Source: Chlorokybus atmophyticus (taxonomy: Eukaryota > Plantae > Mesostigma and Chlorokybus algae). From it: 64,000 nt of DNA. Numbering within the stretch: position 1 is the stretch's first letter; each line of letters opens with the position of its first letter. Shown here piece by piece: positions 12,297-24,760 of the stretch. The stretch spans positions 896,974 to 960,973 of the forward strand of contig RHPI01002368.1 of NCBI GenBank assembly GCA_009103225.1. The letters are read 5' to 3'. The position numbers and the translations under genes were made by a program. The notes beneath the pieces are model-generated. The model did no database searches. It was not told where the DNA came from and saw only the letters and a program-made list of their open reading frames with translations.

Positions 12297-13321
12297 GGCT
12301 GCAACATCTCCTCCTCCACCATGTTCACGCGTCCACCGCTGCGAGCGTTGCGGGCATGTGCAGCAGACTTTGCCTTATAGATAGGGCAGTTGGAGCGCAC
12401 GTGATCAGCAGAAGAGCACTCCCAGCACTTCCGAACAGCCTTGGCAGCCTCCCGACCCTTTGGGGCCTTCATAGCAACATGGAGCGCACCCAATTCCATT
12501 GGAGTTGGTCCCAAGCCAGCCCCCTGAGCTGCTGCAGCTCCCGAACCAGCCCCAACAGATGCGTATGAGCGATACGAACCTCCACGGAAGTGATTGTAAT
12601 GTCCACGATCAGTGTTTTTGGCAGCCCCCTTGAAGTACAACACGTCCGTGCGCTCAGCAATGCGAATGGCCTCCGCGAGAGTCTTGGCGTCACGAAGCTC
12701 AACTTCCTTGCGACAAAGAGTCTTCAACCCGCGCGTGTAGCGGTCCAGCTGCTCCTCCTCAGTCATGTTCGGTACAGAGAGCACAAGACGCTGAAACGCA
12801 GAGGTATAGGCCATCACGGACTGCGTTTGCACAAGCGTAGAGAGCTGGTCGCGTGCCGTCTTCACACTCTCCACCGGTACGAACTGTTTCTTCACCTCAG
12901 CAGCCAGCTCAGCCACGGTAGTGAAAGGAACCTCAAGACCAGCTTCCACACGAGCACAACGATGACGCCACCACACAAGTGCAGCTCCCTCAAAGAAAGT
13001 AGCAGCCACATCGACACGGAGATGTATAGGTACCTCGGTGAGCTTTAACCATGTCGAAACGGCAAACACCCACTCCTCCACACAGTCACCATCCCTCTGA
13101 CCCTTGAATGGCTTTGGTTTTGGTAGCTTCACATGACGAGAGGCTGATGGGGCAACCACAGGAGCTGTAACGGGCGTGGACGCGCGCGCTTGCGCCATGG
13201 CTTGTTGAAATTGTGCCGCTTGAGCTTGGGCAGATGCTTGGACACGTTGCAGCTCCTCATGAGCAGCTACCAGCACTTGCTGAAGCTCCACAACACGTGC
13301 ATCATCCATGGTAGCGTCCAT
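12275..13321 (-). CDS. gag: Gag (348 aa), retrotransposon capsid domain plus zinc knuckle
   Basis: Intact ORF: PKPFKG..VEEW, ARDQLSTLVQT.SVMAYTSAF, TPMELG and CWECSSADHVRSNC. Confidence 0.93.
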   Translation of the reverse strand: MDATMDDARVVELQQVLVAAHEELQRVQASAQAQAAQFQQAMAQARASTPVTAPVVAPSASRHVKLPKPKPFKGQRDGDCVEEWVFAVSTWLKLTEVPIHLRVDVAATFFEGAALVWWRHRCARVEAGLEVPFTTVAELAAEVKKQFVPVESVKTARDQLSTLVQTQSVMAYTSAFQRLVLSVPNMTEEEQLDRYTRGLKTLCRKEVELRDAKTLAEAIRIAERTDVLYFKGAAKNTDRGHYNHFRGGSYRSYASVGAGSGAAAAQGAGLGPTPMELGALHVAMKAPKGREAAKAVRKCWECSSADHVRSNCPIYKAKSAAHARNARSGGRVNMVEEEMLQPGNGSPQ

Positions 13322-13390
13322 AAACAGAAAAATACCTCACACACCAAAGAGATAGTTAATATCCCCTTAAAAAACCCAACCCCTCCAAAC

Positions 13391-13402
13391 GCTCCGATAC
13401 CA
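13391..13402 (-). promoter_or_regulatory. Primer-binding site, tRNA-iMet type (TGGTATCGGAGC)
   Basis: Lies 1 nt inside the 5' LTR and matches the canonical TGGTATCAGAGC with one change. Confidence 0.9.
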
Positions 13403-13403
13403 C

Positions 13404-14045
13404 TGTAACGATGCTCGTGCTCACATACACAGCACACAAGTCATACAACACATGTGTGCAGCTGAGCACAATCTTCACACCGGAACCTTGCCTTCACTCG
13501 CGCACGCACGCACGCGTCGAGCGCGCCCACGCACACGAACACTACTACTTCTCACGCCAAGCAAGAACGCAGCAGTGTGCCTTGGACCACAACTCCCTCA
13601 AGCATGCACCAGCATACTCACAGCAGAGAGCAGAAAACAAAGTTGGTTGCATTACACAGGGTTTTTCTATTTATACAAGCACTAGGAAGAAATAGCCTAA
13701 TTAACAGGCATTTCATTATTCACTACCAAATCTAAAGGCAGGTCCAAGTGCAGGCTCCCCGCCACGCGCGTTGGGCCTTCGGCGGCTGTGTGACTGTGCA
13801 GTCCGCATCACCTGGCACTACACAGCGCGTGTCCAGTCAGCGGCTGTGTCACAACCGCGTGGCAGGTGGGTCACGTCGCCGAGTTAGCTGCTGTCGAGCA
13901 GGTCGCAGGCGAGTCGCGCGCGGCAGCAGGGGCAGGCGCCACATGGGCTTAATAAAGCTCATAAAAGCCTTCATCAAGCCAGCAAAAAAGGCAAAATAAG
14001 TACTTTATGTACAATAAAATACAAAAAATGCCCCAGGCTGTTACA
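13404..14045 (-). repeat. 5' LTR of the inner chromovirus
   Basis: Direct repeat of 7944-8585; followed on the minus strand by the PBS. Confidence 0.97.
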
Positions 14046-14050
14046 CTGCT

Positions 14051-15050
14051 ATTGTGGTTTTTGTCGATCGTTTGACAAAAATGGTGCATTTTGTTCCGTG
14101 TTGCACAACTGTGAGTGCACGGGACTTAGCACATTTATTTGTGTCCACGATCTTTCGCGTTCACGGTGTACCGCGTGAGCTTAGCACTGATCGTGATCCT
14201 CGGTTTGTCTCCAAGTTTTGGAGAGAAGTCTGTGAATTGGTGGGGGTAAAACAATGCATGTCGACTGCTTTCCACCCGCAAACGGACGGTCAAAATGAGC
14301 GAGCACATCAAATACTGGAAGAAATGCTTCGCCACTATGTGGCTCTTGACCATGCTGATTGGGACAAGTACTTGCTAATGGAAAGTTCGCTGTGAACAAC
14401 GCGTGGCAGGAAAGTGCAAAGGAAACCCCATTTTTCTTGAATTATGGGATTCGCCCGAACACACCAGCAGTTATTACGCGTACCTCGCAATGCCCTGACT
14501 GTACCAGCGGCAAAGGAATTTGCCACTAATATGCGGGACAATTTGGCTCGAGCCAAGCCATGTCTGTCAGAAGCACGGGACAGGCAAGAAGCTTATGCCG
14601 ATACACACCAAAGAATGGCCACTTTCGATGTCGGCGATAAAGTTTTGCTTAACGCAATGAACATAACCATTAAAGGTACGGGTGCTCGCAAGTTGCTGCC
14701 CTGATGGTTCGGTCCTTTTTCTATCATTGATAGTTGGTACGCACGCTTATCGACTGCAATGCCCCCAAGTGTGCGTATACACAACATGTTCCATGTGAAC
14801 TTGTTGAAACCTTATCGCTCAGACGGTATAACACAGCCTCCACCACCGCCAGTTGAGGTGGACAGCGAGCTCGAATACGAGGTGGAAGCTATATTGAACC
14901 ATAAGATAAATAGTCGAGGACGCGCAAATCGCTATTTGCTGAAATGGAAAGGGTATGGCCCAAAACATAACAGTTAGGAGCCCGACAGGCATCTTACGCA
15001 CTGCCGCGAGTTGCTTCGAGCTTATTGGGATTCACGTCCTGTCCCGTAAA
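14051..15050 (+). pseudogene. pol: Continuation of the host Gypsy integrase plus chromodomain
   Basis: VFVDRLTKMVHF, TDRDPRFVSKFW, STAFHPQTDGQNER, then EYEVEAILNHK..YLLKWKGY. Resumes directly after the CTGCT target duplication. Confidence 0.9.
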
Positions 15051-15194
15051 CTGTGCTTGGTTTTATGACAGACTGGCAGTGCATTTTCATTACCACACTG
15101 TCATTTCCTGCGATCTCACTGGTTACAATTACTTAAAATCAAGCCTGATTAACTTGAGTTTAACGAGGTCGTTGAAAACCTAAGTGGGGGGGGA

Positions 15195-15443
15195 TGTAAC
15201 GGGAGCAATAATAATAGGGGTATGATTGCTACCTAAATAACACAATATGTATAAATAAGTATCTTAATATGCTTATTTATACCTCTTTTCTGGGATTGAA
15301 GGGGCATCACCGGCGACGGTGGTGCTGTTACTTTCAGGTTTCTGCTCAGTGGCGGCCACGCCGCTGAAAGGCTTGTCATAGGCGGTGTGGGTGTTTGGGT
15401 GGAGGATCAAAGGGGCATCACCGGCGACGGTGGTGCTATTGCA
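15195..15443 (+). repeat. LTR preceded by a PPT and followed by a PBS; contains a 28-bp direct repeat
   Basis: PPT AGTGGGGGGGGA, then TGTAAC..ATTGCA, then T, then TGGTATCGGAGC (15445-15456). AAGGGGCATCACCGGCGACGGTGGTGCT occurs at 15299-15326 and 15410-15437. Confidence 0.65.
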
Positions 15444-15900
<457 letters not shown>

Positions 15901-15901
15901 N

Positions 15902-16150
15902 AGGAAGTCGGGCATCTTAGCTGACACCACATCAGCTGAAATGCCAGAGGCAGCTAATGAGGTGGAGGAGGAGGATGAGGTTCTGGACGCGGATGAGTTG
16001 CCGCTGGAGGAACAGGAGATCCGCGAGCGGAAGCAGGTCGAGGAGTTGCAGCGGCGCGAAGAAGAGGCTGCAACGGCACAAGCTCAAGCGCGTATTGTCA
16101 ACTTGATTAATGATAAGGAGACGAGCTGCAGTGTGATGATGATGAGTTGA
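15902..16150 (+). pseudogene. pogo transposase C-terminus (acidic tail)
   Basis: After the poly-G/N break the frame reads RKSGILADTTSAEMPEAANEVEEEDEVL.., the expected continuation of ..VRIIHN at 4198 (pogo-like I..SFxKxGI motif). Confidence 0.6.
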
Positions 16151-16495
16151 GCAGTGAGGATAGTGAAGATAGTGAATGATGCACACATCTTGTGGATGAA
16201 CTGTGCGATGCATGTTGTTGAGTTGTGGAGCTAATGAGGTGGAGGAGCAGGAGGATGAGGTTCTGGACGCGGATGAGTTGCCGCTGGAGGAACAGGAGGA
16301 TCCGCGAGCGGAAGCAGCTCGAGGAGTTGCAGCGGCGCGAAGAAGAGGCTGCAACTGCACAAGCTCAAACGCGTATTGTCAACTTGGTTGATGATAAGGA
16401 GACGAGCTGCAGTGTGATGATGATGAGTTGAGCAGTGAGGATAGTGAAGATAGTGAATGATGCACACATCTCGTAGATGAACTGTGCGATGCATA
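15951..16495 (+). repeat. Tandem duplication (~280-bp unit) of the transposase 3' end
   Basis: GCTAATGAGGTGGAG..GATGCACACATCT occurs twice; the second copy has a 1-bp indel. Confidence 0.85.
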
Positions 16496-16710
16496 TTGTC
16501 GTTGAAATTGTGGAAGTTGATGTAATTAAGCATGGCTTGCAGCATTGCACACGCGCACGCACGCACACATGTTAACTATTCCGCACGCACGCACGCACGC
16601 ACGCACACACACATACACACACACATTGTCACGAATTAGGAGAAATTGTGACAGACCTCAGGCATGGTAGTGTTTTTTACTACCATAGCCTAGTGGTCGG
16701 GCCCCAATTG

Positions 16711-16711
<1 letters not shown>

Positions 16712-16792
<81 letters not shown>
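16712..16792. repeat. (CA)n microsatellite running into an assembly gap
   Basis: Direct reading of the sequence. Confidence 0.95.
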
Positions 16793-17468
16793 NNNNNNNN
16801 NNNNNNNNNNNNNNNNNNNNNNNNNNNNNNNNNNNNNNNNNNNNNNNNNNNNNNNNNNNNNNNNNNNNNNNNNNNNNNNNNNNNNNNNNNNNNNNNNNNN
16901 NNNNNNNNNNNNNNNNNNNNNNNNNNNNNNNNNNNNNNNNNNNNNNNNNNNNNNNNNNNNNNNNNNNNNNNNNNNNNNNNNNNNNNNNNNNNNNNNNNNN
17001 NNNNNNNNNNNNNNNNNNNNNNNNNNNNNNNNNNNNNNNNNNNNNNNNNNNNNNNNNNNNNNNNNNNNNNNNNNNNNNNNNNNNNNNNNNNNNNNNNNNN
17101 NNNNNNNNNNNNNNNNNNNNNNNNNNNNNNNNNNNNNNNNNNNNNNNNNNNNNNNNNNNNNNNNNNNNNNNNNNNNNNNNNNNNNNNNNNNNNNNNNNNN
17201 NNNNNNNNNNNNNNNNNNNNNNNNNNNNNNNNNNNNNNNNNNNNNNNNNNNNNNNNNNNNNNNNNNNNNNNNNNNNNNNNNNNNNNNNNNNNNNNNNNNN
17301 NNNNNNNNNNNNNNNNNNNNNNNNNNNNNNNNNNNNNNNNNNNNNNNNNNNNNNNNNNNNNNNNNNNNNNNNNNNNNNNNNNNNNNNNNNNNNNNNNNNN
17401 NNNNNNNNNNNNNNNNNNNNNNNNNNNNNNNNNNNNNNNNNNNNNNNNNNNNNNNNNNNNNNNNNNNN
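16793..17468. other. Assembly gap (N)
   Basis: Run of N. Confidence 1.
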
Positions 17469-17978
17469 GGGGGGGGGATTGTATTGGGGTAAATACAATA
17501 GCTGTTATCGATATTTGACACACACACACAATGCCACGTACATATTATATCTATAAACATAATTATGTTTTGCGAGATTCAGCGCCTCCATGATTGGGCT
17601 ATAGCGGCGGAAGTTGCTGCCATATATAAGAGAAGCCGCATGTGCAATACATACGGCTCCCACAATCATATCTGCGCAATATGTCATGGATGTGAGCTTG
17701 AATTGAAAATTATATTTATATACGATTCAGTAGTTTACCGGCGTATTTCATGCAATGCTTACAATGGTACAAACGTTTGCAAATATATACATAAATATTG
17801 CATCATTGAGCGCGTGCTGCAAATGAGTATGTATGTGAATTCGAATATGTCTATTGCAGTAGCAAAAAAACCAATTGCAACAGCCTGAGCTGGCCTGGAT
17901 TATGCATTACGCTACATTTATCAATAAATCACTTTGGATCATAGAAAGTTGATATCACTATCTTAATCGTATGCATGT

Positions 17979-18022
17979 GACTTCGCTGAATCTGCATGCA
18001 TGCATGCAGATTCAGCGAAGTC
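17979..18022. repeat. Perfect 44-bp palindrome
   Basis: GACTTCGCTGAATCTGCATGCA|TGCATGCAGATTCAGCGAAGTC. Confidence 0.95.
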
Positions 18023-18217
18023 TCCTCCATTTTGCATATTATAGCACGTAGAACTATGCACATTTAAAAGTAACGTCCATATCAAAACCATTACAATACG
18101 AACAACATTTATCAACTGTAATCACGTTATTAAAAAAGATGAAAGTAGAGAATAAATTATCACCTGTTTGCATCGTGTTGCACGACTCGTGCAGAACAAC
18201 TCACATTAACGAGCACA

Positions 18218-18298
18218 GAACTCTTATTTACAGGCTGAATGACGCTTATACAACATGAGGTCGTATGAGCGTCATTCAGCCTGTAAATAAGAGAGTTC
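18218..18298. repeat. Long inverted repeat / hairpin (31-bp stem, 11-nt loop)
   Basis: Arms 18221-18251 and 18263-18293 are complementary except one T/G pair. Confidence 0.9.
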
Positions 18299-18528
18299 AT
18301 GCGACACCTTTTCTCATCAGTGCCACTCTATTAGATTTTCACGATTATCTCCAGCGTTCAACACCACTTTTACCGCGCAGCTAACCTTCCAGATCCCCCT
18401 AGCGCGCCGGTTGTGCTAACCGTAGATTGCACTGAACGCGCCATAAGCACCGTTCACTAACCAGGCAAGTGACCAGTCAAGACAGTTTAAGTTGCTCTGT
18501 TCGCCGTTAGTCGACGGCGCCGTTTTCA

Positions 18529-18567
18529 AAACCCTAACAAAAGGGCGGCTAAAGCTTGAAACCCTAA
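18529..18567 (+). promoter_or_regulatory. Two telo-boxes (AAACCCTAA) upstream of Ran
   Basis: Exact motifs at 18529-18537 and 18559-18567. Telo-boxes are established plant promoter elements of housekeeping genes. Confidence 0.65.
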
Positions 18568-18727
18568 CAGGCGGCGGCGGTGGTGTAGGCGGCGGTCGAC
18601 GACCAGCAGGAGGAAGAGAGCACCGTGTTGGCGTGACCGTGTGGCAGCTGACGGCCTAGAGACAGAGGGTTTTCCCTGTCATCAACTTGCTTGCGGCGGC
18701 GACTGCTAGGACTGCTAAGACTTCAAC

Positions 18728-20893
18728 ATGGTGAGTGCCCGCCGCCGCCCTGGCTTGGTCTAGCCCTGCCTAGCCTGGCCAGCTCGTGGTTAGGAACAGG
18801 CTGCGGGCTTTTCTGTCGACGGCAAACTAGCACGCGTCGTGCAATTCGCTCAGCTTGGCTGCTTTAGGGTTTTGCTGAAGCAGTGGTTTGCCGATGAGAC
18901 TGACTGGCATGCTTGTGTGTGTGGCTTCATCAGGCCCTGCCGGGGCAGCAGACCCCAGACAACACGCCGTCATTTAAGCTGATTGTCGTTGGCGACGGCG
19001 GCACAGGTGAGACACGGACCAATTGTGTTTGCTGAGTATCTCGCAAGTGTGCACTGCCTGCAGACCGCATGTTTACAGGTTGGGTTCCACCCTTTTGCAG
19101 GGCAGCTTCCGTCGTTGTAGGCGCATGTTGCATGTACAACATCATCATCAGCAGCAGTATTGATTATGATTAGATCATCACTTTATGTATATCACGCCCT
19201 TGCTTGGCTTCCTTGCTTGTTTGTTCTACCATGAGTAGTGTTTTCTTTCCAGTATGGGGCGTTGTTGTATTGAAGTTGGAGTTGTTAGCGATTGTACACG
19301 GCATGTTGCCCACCATGAGTAGTGTGTTCTTTCCAGTATGGGGCGCTGTTGTATTGGAATTTTAGTGGGTAGAGATTGTACACGGCACGTTACTTTGTCG
19401 CTACGTTTGGTTGGTTAACGACATCTGCATGTCGTGCAGCGTGAGTATGCTGACTTTGATTGGTTGCAGGCAAGACCACCTTTGTCAAGCGCCACTTGAC
19501 TGGCGAGTTTGAGAAGCGATACGAGCGTAAGTGTGAACAAGAGTCTGTGTGAAGCAGTTGATGCATGCGCGCACGTGATAGGGCAGGTGTGCATGCCCTA
19601 CTATGCATGTGTGCAGTGATAGTGCATGCGTATTGGCTTGTGTGTGACTGTGCGCATGCATGTGTGTGCGTGAATATTGCATGATGTGTTTACTGTGGTG
19701 CTCACCTGATTTTCATACCCGCAGCAACGATCGGTGTTGAGGTGCACCCATTGGACTTCTTCACAAACAGGGGCCGCATCCGCTACTACTGCTGGGACAC
19801 AGCTGGTCAGTATAGTGAACTCTATCATCGCGTTCTCTTTTACACCAATGACGCGCTTCCTCATGGTTACTCACATGGGCGTTTACTCTGTGCATGTTGC
19901 ATCAATTCATGAATATGTCAAGACAATTGCTGCTGACCTGCGGTCTCGATGCAGGTCAGGAAAAGTTCGGCGGGCTTCGGGACGGTTATTACATTCATGG
20001 GCAGTGTGCCATCATCATGTTTGACGTGACATCACGCCTTACCTATAAGAACGTGCCCACGTGGCATCGGGATCTATGCCGGTGAGTGCTGCATGGTGCA
20101 ATGGCAGCCACAGCATGTCCGCGTGGGTTAACCTTCAACGCTGTGTTGTGGTGCTGAATGAGGATTGTTGCAGGGTTTGCGAAAACATTCCCATCGTGCT
20201 CTGCGGTAACAAGGTTGATGTGAAGAACCGCCAAGTGAAGGCCAAGCAGGTGAGCTGTTTCACATACAACTTGTTGTGTTTACTCTCAGGTATCTGCATG
20301 CGCACTCTACATTGCTTTTCATATTGGCAAATTTGCTGTATTGTTTAGGTGACTTTCCATCGGAAGAAGAACCTGCAGTACTATGAGATTTCGGCCAAGT
20401 CCAACTACAACTTTGAGAAGCCTTTCCTGTACCTTGCGCGCAAGCTTGTTGGGTACGCATTATGCCAATGCATGTTTTGGACAGTGTGCATCCGGTTGAT
20501 GGCCTTGTGCACATGTGTGATGTGATGGTGTCTGGCATTTGGTTTGAGTGGTCGTGTGGTTGCTTGGAAACAGCGTTTCTTGTTGCCTGCAGCGTGTCAG
20601 CATGTAGTCTTTGTGTTGCATTGTGAACAACATGACAACCTGAATGAAGGAAGCACCCACCACTCAATGAGATACCCACATCGTTCCACATCATAGAGTC
20701 AACTCTTTCTCTGAAACATATGTGTGCCTTGCAATTCTTCAGTGACATGAACCTGCATTTTGTGGAGTCGCCGGCACTGGCGCCGCCTGAGGTGACCATC
20801 GATATGGCCCATCAGCAAAAGCTGGAGCAGGACTTGGCTGACGCCGTGAAGCAGCCGCTTCCCGAAGAGGATGATGAATTCCTTGACTCATAA
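18728..20893 (+). CDS. RAN: Ran small GTPase, 8 exons (first coding exon is only the ATG)
   Basis: Spliced: M|[24 protein letters not shown]|[19 protein letters not shown]|..[15 protein letters not shown]|[13 protein letters not shown]..|..[15 protein letters not shown]|[35 protein letters not shown]|..[11 protein letters not shown]. All introns are GT-AG. Confidence 0.98.
19229..19391. repeat. Two-copy ~84-bp tandem repeat in Ran intron 2
   Basis: CCATGAGTAGTGT.TTCTTTCCAGTATGGGGCG..GATTGTACACGGCA at 19229 and 19313. Confidence 0.8.
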
Positions 20894-22502
20894 AGAGAGT
20901 GAGAGGATTTGTGCGGGAATGGTGGCTGCTGCAGTTGTATTAGGGTGTTGGAACATCGTGTGACTTGGGGTGGTGAGAAGTGTCCATGAGTGCGATCCTT
21001 TGCTTTTCCTCGCTGATGGGTGAGAGAGAGACACAAGCAAGAGACATGTGGAATATTGATGATTTTGCAGTTGTGTCCCCTCTAACGCTGTAGTACAAGA
21101 CAACAGGCAAACTCAGCCGGGGTACGGTGAAAAACAAACGAGGTTATGGTCTGAGGGCAAAGCGCGCAAGCCTTGGGGAAGGGGTAGGGGTAGGGAGTCA
21201 TGATTGGGTCACTTGTGCGCGGATGTTGCGTTGGATGTTAGTGCATACTGTATGCGTTCTCGTGAATTTTGAAGCAATGCATCAACTGTATTTAAACGCG
21301 TATATACAGAAAATGCAAGTGATCATGATACATGCAACATGCATGACACATGCATTGTTCAACAAGCTCATTATCATGCAATAAATATTTGCCACCGGGG
21401 TCTACCTACACTGACCACGCCTAATCATCGTAACTACTGCCTTCAACCCTCATCAGACATACATGCATATGCTCATTACTGTGCATGTCGTATGCAGATG
21501 CAGGCCTTGTTACAGTCATTATTACTTGTGAATACAAATTATGCAAAAGTGTACTGCGTAGGCTAGTCCACATGCTAGCAAATTGTTGCATGTGCACTTT
21601 GCCACATCACGCTGTGATGACACATTCGCATTTTCCACACCATGCATGCTGCCACCGTACCATACCCCTTATATATACACTAATTATACGTGCTGATGCA
21701 TGCATACACATGCAAGTTTCGGCGCGTATTAGAATTTACACTCACTCAACACTGCCAGGCTATGTGTAAGCGTGGTGGTACAAGGTGTGTGCTGTAAGCA
21801 CTTCAGCTGTGCAGATGTATATTATGATGTTACGTAGGATATGGCAACCTTGTTGAATCCACTGTGAAACAAAGGCAGTGAACAAATATCTGATGCTGTG
21901 TTCAATATCTATTTTGCCATAAGTCTTCCAACCGTCTGAGCCATATGCCCCGTAGCAGGGGAGCATATACCCAATGCACACTGACTGTATTTTCACTGCA
22001 AGAACTTCTACTACAGAGTTAAAGATGTCAAGACTGTACCGCGTGTGTCCTCCACTCATCAGAACACCTTGTGCAATGTTGGATGCAAAGCAAAGCCGGA
22101 GTCAGTGAAGCAATTAGTCGACTAACAGCTGCATAGCTTGGCCTCAAGTCTCAATGACTGTAACCAAAACAACTGTCCAAACTACTTCATTCCAGACCTG
22201 AATCCCACGAGTGCACCCAAACTAGAAATATACAAGTGAACGTTGTGGGCTTGATGCAACGTTTGGCTGCGGTTGAGAGATCAACACAACCAGCCGATCA
22301 ATAGTAAATGTACATTCTACTTGCCAAACAAGTACCCCGCAACAAATGCTGCAGCGCCCACAACCCACAGCTTTGTTGCAGTTGATTGTGCCACCTGCAC
22401 CACAGAGTACAGACTTACAAATGCAAGAACAGTGCCACAACAACAGTGTTCAGAGCAAAGACATTCAGCTGTGAACAGCACACTCATGACAACCTATGTC
22501 AG

Positions 22503-23901
22503 TTACATCAAGCACAAAGACGCCGTTGGCACGTACCCGTCGCCATGAACATGCCATGAAACAAATACAACACCCTTGCCTCTTGCGTACTGTATGTATT
22601 GTCAAAGACAGATGCACACGACTGTCCCTTGTGTGAACAAAGTGTAGCAGAACCTGATGCAGCTATCCAGTGCAACCTGATTCAGTAACCCAACATCAAC
22701 TTGTCTCACCTCAGGGAGGGCGCTAGAGGCCCCCGTGCCGGTGGTGCCCTCGCCAGCGTGCTCGGCTGAATGCGGCACCTCCACGCCCTGCGACTTCAAC
22801 TCCTCAAGAATCTTCGCCCTCTGCATGCACAAGGAAAAGAAACCTTCATTCATGCAAACGCCTCCATATAACTGACAATGCGTGTAGAAACTTCAATACT
22901 TCATATCACCTTCATCAACATCATCACCGGCATTGACAAACACAGCAAATGACTCGAAAGGGGGCAAGCTCAATGCATTGACACATACATGAACACATGC
23001 CGAGAGCCAGAGCCCTATACACACGCGCATGCGATTGTGCTTGAACACGTGCAAGACACACAACACTTGTGTGTCCAGTAACCGTGCATCAATGCATAGC
23101 AAGACATGACATGACGACTCAAAGACAGCCATTGACCCGGCGTCCACACACACATACAACCCACCAAACTTCATGCATGTATTTGTATACGAACAAGGCA
23201 GGGATGAACTATGTTGTTGTCAGACACCACGTATATACAACTGTGTCAAGTCGCAACAACATAAGCACAACAAGATACGCACCGCCTTGCGCATGATCTC
23301 CTCTTCTTTTTGCCTGACCCACAGGTCCTCTTTGGCCTTCTCAGCATCATGCAAGACCTGTTGATAACAAGCAAAGTCATGGAAAGCAAAGTCATGGAAA
23401 ACGACACCAAGGCATGTAAGGATCTGCACAAATTGTACATCCGGCAAGTGCACCGCCATGTTAAGCGTACACATGCAATACCAATAAAAGCGGGAACAAG
23501 AGCAAACATTGAAGCATCACACATGCCGCATGTATATAATATCTATGTAATTTCACTGCATGCATTGACCCATAGCAGTGGACTATGCAACATGCAGTGG
23601 CAAAATGCACATGTAACGCATGCAATGGAAATGCAGCATTCAATTGCTGTAACAAGCATTGCATTTTCAAATGCCATATTCGTCGAAAAAAATGCATGTT
23701 GGGATTGCAACAGTGCATGTTGAAATGCAACACCGAATAACAGGTAACAATTACAGGACACCCAACCTGCATGTTTCCGACAGGGGCGGTGGCAGGCACT
23801 CTGCCTGACGACGACGATGACGCCAAGCTCCTGACCGACACCGAGGCGGGGCGCAGCAACGCCCGGGAGGACAGCTCCGCCGCCGCACGCCGCAGCGCCA
23901 T
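22503..23901 (-). CDS. Mitochondrion-targeted protein resembling the plant F1Fo-ATPase inhibitor (IF1); last exon uncertain
   Basis: Presequence MALRRAAAELSSRALLRPASVSVRSLASSSSSG.., then |VLHDAEKAKEDLWVRQKEEEIMRKA|RAKILEELKSQG.. This resembles the recalled plant IF1 core (VLSEEERAKENVYIQKMERE). A tentative terminal exon spans 22589-22503. Confidence 0.6.
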
Positions 23902-24074
23902 GATGAGATCTGTGCTCAGCCCTGCACGTCACAGGAGAGCGCAGTCAACCTCTGCCTGTGCGTCTAGCGCAATGGCGCAGATATTGTAAAGCGGCACCAC
24001 GCTTACGCCCACAACGACGCCGCCAACACCGCCGCCAACACCGTGGCCGCTGCCGCTGCCGACGTCCCTGTCAG

Positions 24075-24518
24075 TTAGGGTTTGGGCGTATCTTGGATTT
24101 TGGATAGCGCAACCGAGTTACGAAAAATCATCTGCGTAAGGCATGCAGTGTTTAGCAGGTGAGGTACGGTACCTCTCGGTATTGTACACGACTTCGCGTC
24201 GATCCAAAGCCTGGCATCTTGTGTTTTGCTACTATCACTTGCTGTATCAGCATAATGCCAACAGGATCTCCGCCATAACTCATCGTCGTGGTTCGCTTGG
24301 CGCCTTGAATAGAGTAGAGTACAGCAGTGATGGGTCATCAACGTTGACACAATTGGCTCTGTTCGAGGAGTTTGGACTCCAAACTCCAAACTTTGGAGGC
24401 CTTTGACGCAAAGGCTTTGCGTCAACGTGTCCGGGCTCAATGCGCGAAACAGGCTTTGTATGAATAGAGCGTAGTATTCCTATCAACAGGGAGGTTTGAA
24501 GCGGGCCAATTAGGGTTT
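24075..24518. promoter_or_regulatory. Bidirectional promoter region with telo-boxes between the IF1-like gene and ALIS
   Basis: TTAGGGTTT at 24075-24083 and 24510-24518; the second is next to GGGCC (site-II-like). The two genes diverge from this interval. Confidence 0.55.
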
Positions 24519-24760
24519 GTGAATATGAGCGACACGTGGCATCTGGAGGTGGGCGACGTGGGCGGTGGCAGCGGCGGCGGCGGGGCACGCGGCATTGAGA
24601 ATTTTGTCCCGGAGTGAAGGGGTTGGCTGAGGTGGAGGGGTGAGCGAATCGCAAGCTGGAGGGCGCTGGGCCTGCGGCTCGTCCGCGGGGGGCCTGGTTG
24701 TCAGGCGGAGGCGGCGGAGGAGGCTCAGCAGGAGGAGGAGGGGGACGAGGAGGAGGAGGG

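Larger units (their letters stand above)
7944..14045 (-). mobile_element. Young, nearly intact Ty3/Gypsy chromovirus (6102 bp)
   Basis: Two 642-bp LTRs (TGTAAC..GTTACA) with 8 substitutions counted by eye (~98.8% identical). 5-bp target duplication CTGCT at 7939-7943 and 14046-14050. PBS, PPT, gag and pol are all present. Confidence 0.97.

Noticed and set aside
16648-17560. ORFs of 270-300 aa, and similar ones at 31498-32346 and 54574-55884
   Set aside because: They are open only because they run through N gaps and (CA)n repeats.
19229-19391. Intronic tandem repeat in Ran considered as a snoRNA pair
   Set aside because: No canonical box C (RTGATGA) with box D (CTGA), and no H/ACA layout was found.
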